From IMG/VR virus record IMGVR_UViG_3300008266_011401: a stretch of 64,000 nt of DNA, one strand, 5' to 3'. Shown here in pieces: positions 18,995 to 28,799 of the stretch. The position numbers were made by a program, and so were the translations under genes. The stretch's first letter is position 1. Each line of letters opens with the position of its first letter. The notes under the pieces were generated by a model, which saw nothing but the letters and a program-made list of their open reading frames with translations, was not told the origin of the DNA and made no database searches. The DNA comes from an uncultured virus (IMG/VR IMGVR_UViG_3300008266_011401) (taxonomy: Duplodnaviria; Heunggongvirae; Uroviricota; Caudoviricetes).

Positions 18995-20224
18995 TTAGAA
19001 AATTCTGTATTGTAAATCAGCGTTGACTGCTTTGTATCCCCACTTTTTAACAGCTGCGTCATATTCTGCTCCGTGGTTACCATCAATTGCTTGACGCATT
19101 GCCAATCCACCGGCGAGTGTACCCATTGGATGTCCATGCATTGCACCACCAACATTTGCCATCCAGTTATGACTATCAAGTAATCCGTTAATGTGCTGCA
19201 CCAATCCAGGATGCATTCCACAACTGAGTGCGGGGATAACATTGTAGTTCCACAACACCTTCAAGGCGTCTTGTAGTTCTGTGTCATCCTGATTCATATA
19301 CCCACCAATCATACCTGCGTGGATAGAGTCTGCACCAGACCACCCTGCAATCTTACAGATAACGGGCCAGTAGATATGATTCGGAGCACGACGGTCAGTG
19401 AAGAATTTATCCCCAGACTTCTGAAAGTGAATCCACAGATTAGGATTCTGTTTACGGATTGCACGATATGCACCCAACCCACTCCACACATTAATATGAA
19501 CACCCAATCCACCTTCATCCGAAACGAATTGTGCTCGTTGTAGTGCGTACGGACTGTCACCATTAATACAGAATGTGTACATTACATTCGGGGCGTTATT
19601 CGCCAACCAGTTGGTAATCAGTGGAACTCTCTTTGTCAACGGACAATGTGCCGGACTACCAAGGAGTTCATCTTCTTTAATAAAGTTTACACCACCATAT
19701 ACCATTTCCTTCACGGCTTCTAACAATACTTCTGGACTCATTCCAACCTTGGGTTTGATAATACCACCGAAGAATGGTTTGCCCTCGACACCATTAAACT
19801 TACGGAATCCATCAATACCATATGCTGGTTTCAATGTAAACTGTTGTTCAATATGTGCAGGTAGTGTTACGTCCAATACATGACATTGCTCAATTTCCAG
19901 AATGTCTACTTGACCACCGGCGATGTGGCAGAGGATTTGTGAGATACCATCTTCTTCTAAGTCTAGATTTTCTAGTGGAAATGCGATATCAACTTCACCG
20001 GAAAACTTCGACTTTAATTCATTTTCATCAGCGAGAACAAAACAACTGTGGTCACGAAACATCTGGTCAGTTTCCCATACACTACGATTGTTTGGATTAC
20101 CGATGCTTTGACCAATTGCCAAATTCCACGCGGCATCTCGTAGTGAAGTTTTCCCTGCAAGGAAGTACTTAACTATAAAATATTTGGATAAATCAATATC
20201 TCTTGTAAAAATATTTACGCTCAT
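18995..20224 (-). CDS. RuBisCO-like protein (form IV)
   Basis: GGIIKPKVG, GGVNFIKEDE, GADSIHAG, PALSCG, GGAMHGHP.G. Confidence 0.93.
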   Translation of the reverse strand: MSVNIFTRDIDLSKYFIVKYFLAGKTSLRDAAWNLAIGQSIGNPNNRSVWETDQMFRDHSCFVLADENELKSKFSGEVDIAFPLENLDLEEDGISQILCHIAGGQVDILEIEQCHVLDVTLPAHIEQQFTLKPAYGIDGFRKFNGVEGKPFFGGIIKPKVGMSPEVLLEAVKEMVYGGVNFIKEDELLGSPAHCPLTKRVPLITNWLANNAPNVMYTFCINGDSPYALQRAQFVSDEGGLGVHINVWSGLGAYRAIRKQNPNLWIHFQKSGDKFFTDRRAPNHIYWPVICKIAGWSGADSIHAGMIGGYMNQDDTELQDALKVLWNYNVIPALSCGMHPGLVQHINGLLDSHNWMANVGGAMHGHPMGTLAGGLAMRQAIDGNHGAEYDAAVKKWGYKAVNADLQYRIF

Positions 20225-20553
20225 TGTTTGTCTGTGACCTCGTATTTGTCGCCTATGACGGACGGTAATTTAACAACAATTAATTCACAATCTTCTAAAA
20301 ATTCTGGGTCTGCTATTTCATACGGAAATATAGTAAATATATCTCCTGTTGTCAATAGCTGTCCTTGTATTCGCATCTTGCCACGAATTAAATAGTTAAT
20401 TTCTATAGCCCTCTTGTGATAATGCTTACCCCAGATTTCACCTTTTTTATGACGAAGATATCCGACTTCAAAATCACTGGTCATCAATACGGATGGTGTA
20501 AAGTTTCCAATAAACCATCCACGAGTCATATCTTCAATTCTTTTTATTTCCAT
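20221..20553 (-). CDS. Cupin-fold protein
   Basis: GWFIGNF.P, HYH...E, G.M. Confidence 0.7.
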   Translation of the reverse strand: MEIKRIEDMTRGWFIGNFTPSVLMTSDFEVGYLRHKKGEIWGKHYHKRAIEINYLIRGKMRIQGQLLTTGDIFTIFPYEIADPEFLEDCELIVVKLPSVIGDKYEVTDKQ

Positions 20554-21265
20554 ATAATGCTCTGTATCGTTCAATATCTTCCAAGGTTCCTACTGCATAG
20601 TGTTCGGACGGAGTTATATCGTATACTCGTTTAGTTCCGTCCAGATAGTTGTATGAGGGACCAATATAATATTCACCATTAACAGTGTCTTTCACTTGTT
20701 TCATAGTATTCACCGAAGATGCGAAATCTTTGCCATACTTCCACCAGTGAATACCATTCAGTGAATAGTTACTAATCACTTCCTTTTCTTTTACCATTGT
20801 GAATTTTGGATATTTGTGTTCTACATTAGCCACCAACGCGTAACTATTTTTAGGCGTGTTAGTTTCGTAGGTCACCACCGCACCAATAGCATCGGTGGTT
20901 TTGGTAAACTCAATAAACTTATCGGCGTCCCAATGCATGATTTGGTCACAGTTGGTAACTAATAAATCAGTTTCTCCAAAAAATAATTGTGGAGCATGTA
21001 ACGCCGAAATGGCTGGACCATCGGTAAGATAATCAATTTCTACTACAACAGCCTGACCAACGGTTTTACGAATCGCATCACGAAGAGCCACATTCCAATC
21101 TTGATTGTTGTATCTACGAACAATGAAACAATAATGGCCATCTATGTTCAACGATTCCAATGCCATTTCAATCATAACTTTACCTGGTAATACTTCTACC
21201 AGTGGTTTGGGGACCGTGCTTTTTACACGAGTCCCCTCACCAGCCATTGGAATAATAATATTCAT
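20534..21265 (-). CDS. Sugar-phosphate nucleotidyltransferase
   Basis: IIIPMAGEGTR...PKPL, NCDQ, EK, NGEYY. Confidence 0.9.
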   Translation of the reverse strand: MNIIIPMAGEGTRVKSTVPKPLVEVLPGKVMIEMALESLNIDGHYCFIVRRYNNQDWNVALRDAIRKTVGQAVVVEIDYLTDGPAISALHAPQLFFGETDLLVTNCDQIMHWDADKFIEFTKTTDAIGAVVTYETNTPKNSYALVANVEHKYPKFTMVKEKEVISNYSLNGIHWWKYGKDFASSVNTMKQVKDTVNGEYYIGPSYNYLDGTKRVYDITPSEHYAVGTLEDIERYRALYGNKKN

Positions 21266-21269
21266 TTAA

Positions 21270-22163
21270 TCAAGCAACTGTTGAAGTAGTAAACTGTATG
21301 TCTGCGTGCTCACCCAATGATTCTGCCGACTTGGTACGCATGAATTCTTCATGTAGTGATTGACCCAACTGGTCCATTTGATTGAAGAACTGCTTACTCA
21401 AATCAAGATTCTTGTCAGTTACTAATGGAGTATAATCTGCTTGTGGGAAGTCAACCACCGAGTATGTATAATTCCAGTATGAAGCAAATTCCTCCCAACG
21501 ATTTTCTGCATCAATTAAATCCCAAACACGACTACCGATTGTTGGTACGGTGTGATAGTAAATAGATCTCTTTAATCCATCAAGTGTTCGCATACTACCA
21601 GCGATAATGTTTTGGTGACGTTGGATTTGTTGGTTTGCCAAATATTCCAAGTGTGCATCTGCATCAATTCCAACTTCTTCCATACGTCCTGGAATGATAC
21701 TAGCGAAGAACACACTTTGATAACTCAAAGACTTAATGATGGTATTTGCATCAGAAACACCTGTTACATTTAGATATAACTTACGAAGTTCTGGTGCGTC
21801 GGCGATTCGAAGTACATAACTGAAATGTGGAATCTTCAATGCCATAGCTGCACCATTACCGTTGAACTGGTCAACATATTGTGCCCATCGAATAATATCT
21901 TCTTCTTCCATAACTGAATTAGGGACTTGTACATATACTAATCCTTCTGGACCTTCACCACGAAGTTCTCCAACAAGTGAGGTCATCTGTGGAACAAGTG
22001 TTTCAAATTTATCCAATGTATCGCAGTTGACCTTTGCCAATGCGTTTGGATTGGTAGTAATACCAATTACGGAACTACCGTCAATATACTTACCCAACTT
22101 GTCCCAAATCTTACGGATATAGTCGGTGTCTGCTGTGTCAAAAAAGAATGTTGGTTGTGACAT
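21270..22163 (-). CDS. Transaldolase/fructose-6-phosphate aldolase-like protein
   Basis: FFDTAD, GITTNP, LKIP (Schiff-base Lys), NVT, GR, AGSMR. Confidence 0.85.
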   Translation of the reverse strand: MSQPTFFFDTADTDYIRKIWDKLGKYIDGSSVIGITTNPNALAKVNCDTLDKFETLVPQMTSLVGELRGEGPEGLVYVQVPNSVMEEEDIIRWAQYVDQFNGNGAAMALKIPHFSYVLRIADAPELRKLYLNVTGVSDANTIIKSLSYQSVFFASIIPGRMEEVGIDADAHLEYLANQQIQRHQNIIAGSMRTLDGLKRSIYYHTVPTIGSRVWDLIDAENRWEEFASYWNYTYSVVDFPQADYTPLVTDKNLDLSKQFFNQMDQLGQSLHEEFMRTKSAESLGEHADIQFTTSTVA

Positions 22164-22543
22164 TATGGATTCTCCACGGTTCTTGGTCCTTTGTTTATTC
22201 TATCTTTTATTGCTAAGATTGAGGTTTCCCAATCTGTATGTCTGTGTACCGCATCATCTATTATTAAATCGGCGTGAGGTTTACTCCACCAAATTTCATC
22301 ATATGGAATATCCCATTTTTCTAACCAATCAAACAATACTTTACCTTGTAACTTTAATACCCTTCCTTGATTCCCACCACCAGTTTTCATATGTCGTGCC
22401 GTATGAAGAATAATGGTGTGCCCTTCTTCTTTTAACCATCGTAACGTTTCTAATGCTTCTGGAAACGGCTTGACATCTGCGTAGGTCATATCACCAGTTT
22501 TATTTTCACAGATAGTATTATCTATATCAAAACAAAATATCAT
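22163..22543 (-). CDS. HAD-family phosphatase (capsule-biosynthesis type)
   Basis: FDIDNTI, HTAR, KP, IDD. Confidence 0.88.
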   Translation of the reverse strand: MIFCFDIDNTICENKTGDMTYADVKPFPEALETLRWLKEEGHTIILHTARHMKTGGGNQGRVLKLQGKVLFDWLEKWDIPYDEIWWSKPHADLIIDDAVHRHTDWETSILAIKDRINKGPRTVENP

Positions 22544-23310
22544 AATGTACCCTCAAAGGCTTTTACATCTGCTGGTGTACCAAGAGGTACAACATCAGTA
22601 ACGGTATGTACATATACTGGAATCCCTATACTCACATTATACGAGGCCACCATACTCATATAATACTCTGCGTTTCCATTAAACTCAACTGGTTTGTTAA
22701 ATTCCATAATAAACTTTGCATAGTTTGTAAAGAATTGTGTTTGACCAAAGTAGAATATACCAATCATCGTAGGATAGTGAACCCACGAATCATTCTTCTC
22801 ACGAATACCCACAGCCTTTCCATCTTCAATTATAACGTTCGACCATTTATTGGGTAGTGATTTGTCTGGATTATCAAAGCATGCTACTGCGACTGCATTA
22901 CTCTTAAATTTAATACCACGAATAAAATCATCAACACCATTATGATTATATTTGTTATCGGAATCAAGAACCAATAAGTCATCAGTTTTGTGCCACATAC
23001 GAGATGCTGCTTGTCTTGCGGTGTCTAAACTTCCCGAAGTAATTTCTTTAAACGGAATGATTTCTATGTTACGACCGTAAATGGAATATAAAAATTTATC
23101 CAATCCAGCATCCAAATGTTCTTGCAAAACTGCAAAATATAAATGAATGTTACTCGACTGTCCCTTTCCATCGTGACGAATATATGGACATGATTCCGTT
23201 GTCCATTGTAAGATTGTCTTACCATTTATTTGAATTAATGGTTTGGGGTCTTTGTATCCTTCGTTTACAAAACGTTGACCCCTACCAGCCATTAACACTA
23301 AGACGTTCAT
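22540..23310 (-). CDS. Sugar-phosphate nucleotidyltransferase
   Basis: LMAGRGQRF...PKPLI, DSD, EK, EYY, LGTP. Confidence 0.88.
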   Translation of the reverse strand: MNVLVLMAGRGQRFVNEGYKDPKPLIQINGKTILQWTTESCPYIRHDGKGQSSNIHLYFAVLQEHLDAGLDKFLYSIYGRNIEIIPFKEITSGSLDTARQAASRMWHKTDDLLVLDSDNKYNHNGVDDFIRGIKFKSNAVAVACFDNPDKSLPNKWSNVIIEDGKAVGIREKNDSWVHYPTMIGIFYFGQTQFFTNYAKFIMEFNKPVEFNGNAEYYMSMVASYNVSIGIPVYVHTVTDVVPLGTPADVKAFEGTL

Positions 23311-24293
23311 AATTCCAATGCCTCGTTTAATAATCTTATACCTGTGAGGTACATTGCTCGTTGTCTTTCCAGACTATCATAATGACGAGCACACATCCCA
23401 ATAAAGATGCAGCCTTGGATAATTTTTATTTCCTTCTTATTAAACATTGGAAAGAAAATATATTCAAACTCATTCAATGCCCAATCAAGTTCACCGTCAT
23501 TCTTAATGTCCAATTGATACGCATTGCCATTTGCTGTAACCTTAAACTTATCAGTAATAAATGCTTCATACGTTCCATCCAATGAATGATATAGTTTAGC
23601 TATATCGTATCGAATATCACCGTAATTTCCAAGTTTACCAAATGAACCACGAGGATCTATGAAACGAATAATATTTTTATCTTCACCATATAAAATATTA
23701 CTAAAACAACAATCACCGTGTATAAGTGATGGAGTAAAAGTTAACATATTTTGTTCGATGTAATTCTTAATCTGTGGCCAGACTACTTCGAACATGGAGT
23801 ATTGTTTATTGTTAATGTATACTGAATGTGCACGAACTTGGTCAATAAACAACGAATCAAACTTATCGTGCCACCCAGAATAAAAATTACGGTACTCACG
23901 TTCTGTTTTTGTGATGTACATATCGTACGCTGCATTACGAATTTCTTCGTCAGTCCACTTAACTCGTGGACTGATGTTAGACCACGACACAAGAATGTTT
24001 CGTAAATTAAGGAAAAATTCAGACCACGACGGCATAATTTTGTCACCAAACAAATAATTACCAACGTTTGGATAACTATACAATTCCAAATCCATCCAAA
24101 AGTCTGCTATTAACGGTTCTACGTGATCGAGTAATCTTGGAAAAAATACTGCTTGTGATGGATGATACTTTTGTAATTTTACATAATATAATATCTCATC
24201 ACGGAGTCGTTCGGTGGAACTTAATTTCCGAACAACTCCTCGCGTTTCATCTACTTCAAATCTATTGTATGCTCGTGTGACTAATTTTTCCAT
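23307..24293 (-). CDS. APH/choline-kinase-fold sugar kinase
   Basis: HGDCCFSNIL, FIDPRG, YDIAKL. Confidence 0.85.
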   Translation of the reverse strand: MEKLVTRAYNRFEVDETRGVVRKLSSTERLRDEILYYVKLQKYHPSQAVFFPRLLDHVEPLIADFWMDLELYSYPNVGNYLFGDKIMPSWSEFFLNLRNILVSWSNISPRVKWTDEEIRNAAYDMYITKTEREYRNFYSGWHDKFDSLFIDQVRAHSVYINNKQYSMFEVVWPQIKNYIEQNMLTFTPSLIHGDCCFSNILYGEDKNIIRFIDPRGSFGKLGNYGDIRYDIAKLYHSLDGTYEAFITDKFKVTANGNAYQLDIKNDGELDWALNEFEYIFFPMFNKKEIKIIQGCIFIGMCARHYDSLERQRAMYLTGIRLLNEALEL

Positions 24294-24296
24294 AAA

Positions 24297-24932
24297 TCAT
24301 CCCACTTGGAATGGTGGTTCCCATCCTGTTTCGTTACAATATTCAATGACTTCATCAATAGAAATCGTATTCAATGCCCATCGTTCTGCGTAGGGAATGA
24401 GGTCTGGGACTCGTGCCATACTACCATCATCATTCATAATCTCACAGATGATTGCAACTGGTTTCGTTCCAGCCATCATAGCAAGTTGAACAGATGCTTC
24501 GGTATGACCCTGCCGTTCCTTCAACAAACCAGGACGGGGACGGAGTGGAAACAAGTGACCTGGGTATGCAAGTTGTTCTGGTTTGGTATTTTCATCTAGT
24601 ACCAATCCAATCGTGACCATACGATCTTCTACACTTACACCAGTAGTGACACCATCACGTGCGTCAATACTGACGGTGAATGGAGTCGAAAACTTATCGT
24701 TATTGTTAGATGGACTCATAGGAATTTCTAAACGATCTAACATAAACTTTGGTGTAGGAATACACATGATACCTCGTGCTTCCTTTGCGATAAAAGCCAG
24801 TGTTTCTGGTGTTGCTTTTTCCGCTGCAATCATCAAGTCACCTTCATTTTCTCTATCGTAACTATCTACGACGATGATTGGTTTTCCGTTGCGGATATCT
24901 TCTAATACTGTTTTAATTTTTTCTGATAACAT
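24297..24932 (-). CDS. ribB: 3,4-dihydroxy-2-butanone 4-phosphate synthase
   Basis: DRENEGD, FTVSID, TGVS..DR, PGHLFPL, R.GHTEAS, ICEI. Confidence 0.96.
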   Translation of the reverse strand: MLSEKIKTVLEDIRNGKPIIVVDSYDRENEGDLMIAAEKATPETLAFIAKEARGIMCIPTPKFMLDRLEIPMSPSNNNDKFSTPFTVSIDARDGVTTGVSVEDRMVTIGLVLDENTKPEQLAYPGHLFPLRPRPGLLKERQGHTEASVQLAMMAGTKPVAIICEIMNDDGSMARVPDLIPYAERWALNTISIDEVIEYCNETGWEPPFQVG

Positions 24933-24944
24933 TTACCTTTCCCC

Positions 24945-25814
24945 TTATACGATTTTACAAATGTCGAAGTCTAATGAATTTATGTCTAACCACGGATACC
25001 AATCAATCTCTTCTTCGGTTGGCCCGTTTACGAAGTTTTCAAACGTGTTTGGTGACTGTCCTCTCCACTTTCTATCATTCCAAGTCAGCTTCTCAAACTT
25101 TTGTGTTTTTGCTCCGCACTGCGGAACTACATGCTTACTTGCTCGTGTCCAGTATTTATCCAACCCTACATCATTCCACCTAAGATATGGGAATCCATCT
25201 CCATATTCAGCGTGTCCAGTTTTACAAATCGGACTAACTATTTGACCCTCTACGTTTATTTGTTCGGGCCAATTATGCCATGCGTGATAATCAACCAACG
25301 ATGCTCTGTTGTGTCCTAAATCTCTACGTAATGCTCGTGTACTGAAATCCAGTTCGTGGTTTCCGTTTGTAGCGTATCGTTCATCCCACCATCCGAAAAA
25401 TCGTAATCCTTCCAATGTCATTAAGGTAACTTGGTCACCTTGTGGGGCCATATATAAATCATAATCGGTTTGCTTGATAATGTCAACCCACCCATCCTTA
25501 ATAATCATATTGTCGTGAGCAGTTATACAATATTTTTTACCGGAAAGAAAAGTGTGAACATATGCTTGATTGTAGTTTTCAACCATAGGACCGATTGCGT
25601 AATCGTGTCTCATCACATTATTCCAAATCTTAACACGAGATTTAATATCATCTGCGAAGTCATCAATGGTGACTGATGAATGATTGGTGATGATGTTGAC
25701 TCGTTCAAAGTCAAAGGTATTTAACCACTCACGTGCAAATCCATCCATCAACTCCTTTCTTCGCCAGTTGGAAATCCAAAGTTCAACGTTATCTGGTGTA
25801 AAATCTGTTCTCAT
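24945..25814 (-). CDS. Putative glycosyltransferase
   Basis: HDN, GWWDERY, ELD; cluster context. Confidence 0.5.
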   Translation of the reverse strand: MRTDFTPDNVELWISNWRRKELMDGFAREWLNTFDFERVNIITNHSSVTIDDFADDIKSRVKIWNNVMRHDYAIGPMVENYNQAYVHTFLSGKKYCITAHDNMIIKDGWVDIIKQTDYDLYMAPQGDQVTLMTLEGLRFFGWWDERYATNGNHELDFSTRALRRDLGHNRASLVDYHAWHNWPEQINVEGQIVSPICKTGHAEYGDGFPYLRWNDVGLDKYWTRASKHVVPQCGAKTQKFEKLTWNDRKWRGQSPNTFENFVNGPTEEEIDWYPWLDINSLDFDICKIV

Positions 25815-25815
25815 C

Positions 25816-26598
25816 CTATCCTCGCGTCAATTCTAAATGATTTATTACTGTATTGTATGGTAGTCCCATATGTTTTACGTAAAAAAATAATAATGTATGT
25901 GGATTCAAAAACCTATCTACACCTGGTATCTCTACGTTATTCCCTGCCGAACGTGTTGGTTTTTCTAGTTCTAGTACAGATTCCATCTCTTCTATATGAT
26001 TATACAAGTTATTGTATACTTTCATATTATCAAAATTACCCACCGCATAGTAATCGTGTGGTTCTGAGTAGTGTTCTTTTGTTGAGTTATACCACGGCCA
26101 ATTAATACATTCCAAATCTATATCGTCTAAATTAAAACTGTCTTTTAATTTAATATCTGGTCTACATTTTATTACCAAGTCATAATCTGTACTGTGTGAC
26201 TCTAATAACTCAAAACACTTTAATGCTTTGTACCACATAGAGTATAGATGCGTTACTCGTCGAGTTGTCCAATCTATACTGTTTTGTGATACACCTGCCT
26301 CGTTTCGTAGTTTTCTAACTCTCTTACTTTTATCTAAAAATTCTTGTAAAGGTTCTTCGTAAGGTTGTATTACTACATCGGTAAGATTATATTTTTGTTT
26401 TAACTCTGTTTCTGTATGTATTAATTTGTCTCGGTTCTCTACAACATTTACATCATCTGATTTTTTACGATTTCCCATCACATCCCACGTATGTAAAAAT
26501 ACATCACAGTCGTGTTTTGAGAATAATAATTTATCCCAAGAATCGTAATTATAATCAAAATTTCTATAATGTCCAGATAAACACACTCCTATCTTCAT
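25816..26598 (-). CDS. Putative glycosyltransferase-like protein
   Basis: VCLSGHYR, DVFLHTW, YDLVIKCRPD; paralog of the adjacent gene. Confidence 0.6.
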   Translation of the reverse strand: MKIGVCLSGHYRNFDYNYDSWDKLLFSKHDCDVFLHTWDVMGNRKKSDDVNVVENRDKLIHTETELKQKYNLTDVVIQPYEEPLQEFLDKSKRVRKLRNEAGVSQNSIDWTTRRVTHLYSMWYKALKCFELLESHSTDYDLVIKCRPDIKLKDSFNLDDIDLECINWPWYNSTKEHYSEPHDYYAVGNFDNMKVYNNLYNHIEEMESVLELEKPTRSAGNNVEIPGVDRFLNPHTLLFFYVKHMGLPYNTVINHLELTRG

Positions 26599-27365
26599 GC
26601 GTACTGCTTTTCCAATTCTTCTATATTGTTGATATTTACTACACGATGCATGATTTCGTAGTTGAACGGAGCACAGTATGCTTCAATTCCACCCATTACT
26701 CGTACACGATATCCGATATAGTTTTCACCATATGGAATCTGAATCTGTGAATGAATAAAGGAAAAGTGTGGATATGTGTCACAGAATACATCCATATTCT
26801 TTGATGTGGAGAATGCGAATATATCCGTCATCGTATATCCACCTTGATGAAAGTTTGGGTCATTACGAATCCCCTGAAACTTATCCGCGGTGACGATATG
26901 TGTTCGTGATTGTTCCAAATAATCCATTACATTGATAGGATTCTCGTACCACAAATCATATCTTGCACGAATCACCAAATCATATTCAAATCCATTTAAC
27001 AGTTCGTATCGCTTCTTCAACATATTCGCTGTATAGATTGAATAGAAGATACTAGCCATACGTTCTTGATTTGCTTCTGGTGGTGATGTGAACCTACGTG
27101 CGAATGGAAATTCCTTCTGTGGTTCAAAGATATAATCTTTTGGATTAAGACTGAGTAACATCTCTTCCGTTTGTGGATGAACCAATCCTACTCTACCTTG
27201 TTGATGTGCTTGCGCACTATCGTATGGTTGACCAATAGTATTTGGGTCAAACCATGCGTGTAAGAAGATATCCATATCTTCTATACCAACGAGGTTTGCC
27301 TTTAACATTTTTAATGACAAAGGCAATCCACGAGGTTGGCCAGATAAACAAAGTGCTATTTTCAT
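26595..27365 (-). CDS. Putative glycosyltransferase-like protein
   Basis: LCLSGQPR, DIFLHAW, YDLVIRARYD. Confidence 0.6.
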   Translation of the reverse strand: MKIALCLSGQPRGLPLSLKMLKANLVGIEDMDIFLHAWFDPNTIGQPYDSAQAHQQGRVGLVHPQTEEMLLSLNPKDYIFEPQKEFPFARRFTSPPEANQERMASIFYSIYTANMLKKRYELLNGFEYDLVIRARYDLWYENPINVMDYLEQSRTHIVTADKFQGIRNDPNFHQGGYTMTDIFAFSTSKNMDVFCDTYPHFSFIHSQIQIPYGENYIGYRVRVMGGIEAYCAPFNYEIMHRVVNINNIEELEKQYA

Positions 27366-27366
27366 A

Positions 27367-27966
27367 TTAATTAAAGAACTGTATTATAATCATCACATCA
27401 TCTGCGAGTCCGTTCGGACGCATGTGTTGATCTAGTATGGTTACTGCATAGTTACGGTCGGGTATCATATATACACCACGAGTTAAATAATCAAATAGAT
27501 TTGGTAAGTACATATCCTCACAGATATAATATCCACCTGGTTTTACAAGTGCGTGGTATTTTAATATTGCTTTGACTTGGTTATCAATATCATGTGCACC
27601 ATCTTCAATAAACACATCTTGCTTCGGTAAGTTCTGTACTAGATAGTTACCATTATCTTCATTGTATGCGTCACCAAATATCATATTAACATTAGGTAAC
27701 GTTGAAAGATAATCCTTTCGTACAGGTTCTACAATATCAAGTCCGGTAATTATACCCTTTGTAAAATATTGCGACCACATCAACAGACTTGCACCAGATG
27801 CAATACCCAATTCCATCAATTGAACAGGTTCGTCTTTCCATGCAGAGAATAATGCATCGTACGTATCAATATAAAAATGCTTATGTAACGGATGCCTATC
27901 TCCTTTGTCAGACAAACCAATATCAGGAATATCTTCCATTTGGTAGTAAAATTCTTTTAGTCTCAT
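27367..27966 (-). CDS. SAM-dependent (sugar O-)methyltransferase
   Basis: ELGIASGASL, GLDI, IEDGAH, PGGYYICED. Confidence 0.85.
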   Translation of the reverse strand: MRLKEFYYQMEDIPDIGLSDKGDRHPLHKHFYIDTYDALFSAWKDEPVQLMELGIASGASLLMWSQYFTKGIITGLDIVEPVRKDYLSTLPNVNMIFGDAYNEDNGNYLVQNLPKQDVFIEDGAHDIDNQVKAILKYHALVKPGGYYICEDMYLPNLFDYLTRGVYMIPDRNYAVTILDQHMRPNGLADDVMIIIQFFN

Positions 27967-28799
27967 ATCCAAAACCATTCACTTGGTAGAAGGTCTATAA
28001 TACTGTTATGACGAAGGTTTGGTCCGAACCACTGTGACGGTGCGGTTACAATCTTCTTGGGGTTTGGATTTAACCATGCTCCCCACCAACTAAACGAACT
28101 ATTTGCAATGATGTGATGGTCACACATACTCATCATACACATTTCTACATATGAGTTATTGATATCTACAATATATCCACCTTCGAACATTTCCTTACAC
28201 CATTCTGGATCATCGGAGAATACTACAAACCGATAAGGTTCTTTCGAAAAGAACTTGTTGATAGCCTCCGCATAGTATTCCATTCCAGTGACCGTATGGT
28301 TTGCAGAGTTTGCCACATAATCTCCACGACGAACGTGGATAGATACTCGTGGTGCATCATCCTTTACCTTTGCCAGTTCTAATTCAGCTTGCTGTCGAAT
28401 TTCTGGACGAAAGGTAAATACTTCACGGACTTTTTGTTCTGCATGTTTGAAATATTTTTCACTTTGAAAGAACCCAGCAATATCAATATTATCTGGGATA
28501 TCTAATGCTGCACCATTAAAATGAAAGAATTGTTCTTGATATCGTTGCTTGACAACATCTGAAATTTCTGCCATTGGTGCAAAGTAACTGTCGGGAATAA
28601 GAAATGGTCTACGAAGTTCCATACCAGTTGGTTCTGCTTGCTGCTTTGCCAAATCATAAAATACGAAGTTATCACCAGTATTTTCTATTGGAATTTTTAC
28701 ATCATATCCGTTCTTTTCTGCGATACCAATGAGTGCAGCCATTTGAAACATTTGGTTACCAAATCTCCCAGAGTTTCCTATACCGACATGCGTAATCAT
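27963..28799 (-). CDS. Alpha-1,2-fucosyltransferase family (GT11)
   Basis: GRFGNQMFQ, HVRRGDY, FSDD, NSSFSWW. Confidence 0.95.
   Translation of the reverse strand: MITHVGIGNSGRFGNQMFQMAALIGIAEKNGYDVKIPIENTGDNFVFYDLAKQQAEPTGMELRRPFLIPDSYFAPMAEISDVVKQRYQEQFFHFNGAALDIPDNIDIAGFFQSEKYFKHAEQKVREVFTFRPEIRQQAELELAKVKDDAPRVSIHVRRGDYVANSANHTVTGMEYYAEAINKFFSKEPYRFVVFSDDPEWCKEMFEGGYIVDINNSYVEMCMMSMCDHHIIANSSFSWWGAWLNPNPKKIVTAPSQWFGPNLRHNSIIDLLPSEWFWI

Noticed and set aside
18995..20224. Bona fide CO2-fixing RuBisCO (rbcL/cbbM)
   Set aside because: K334, H294, N123 and E60 equivalents appear substituted; no small subunit or phosphoribulokinase in the window.
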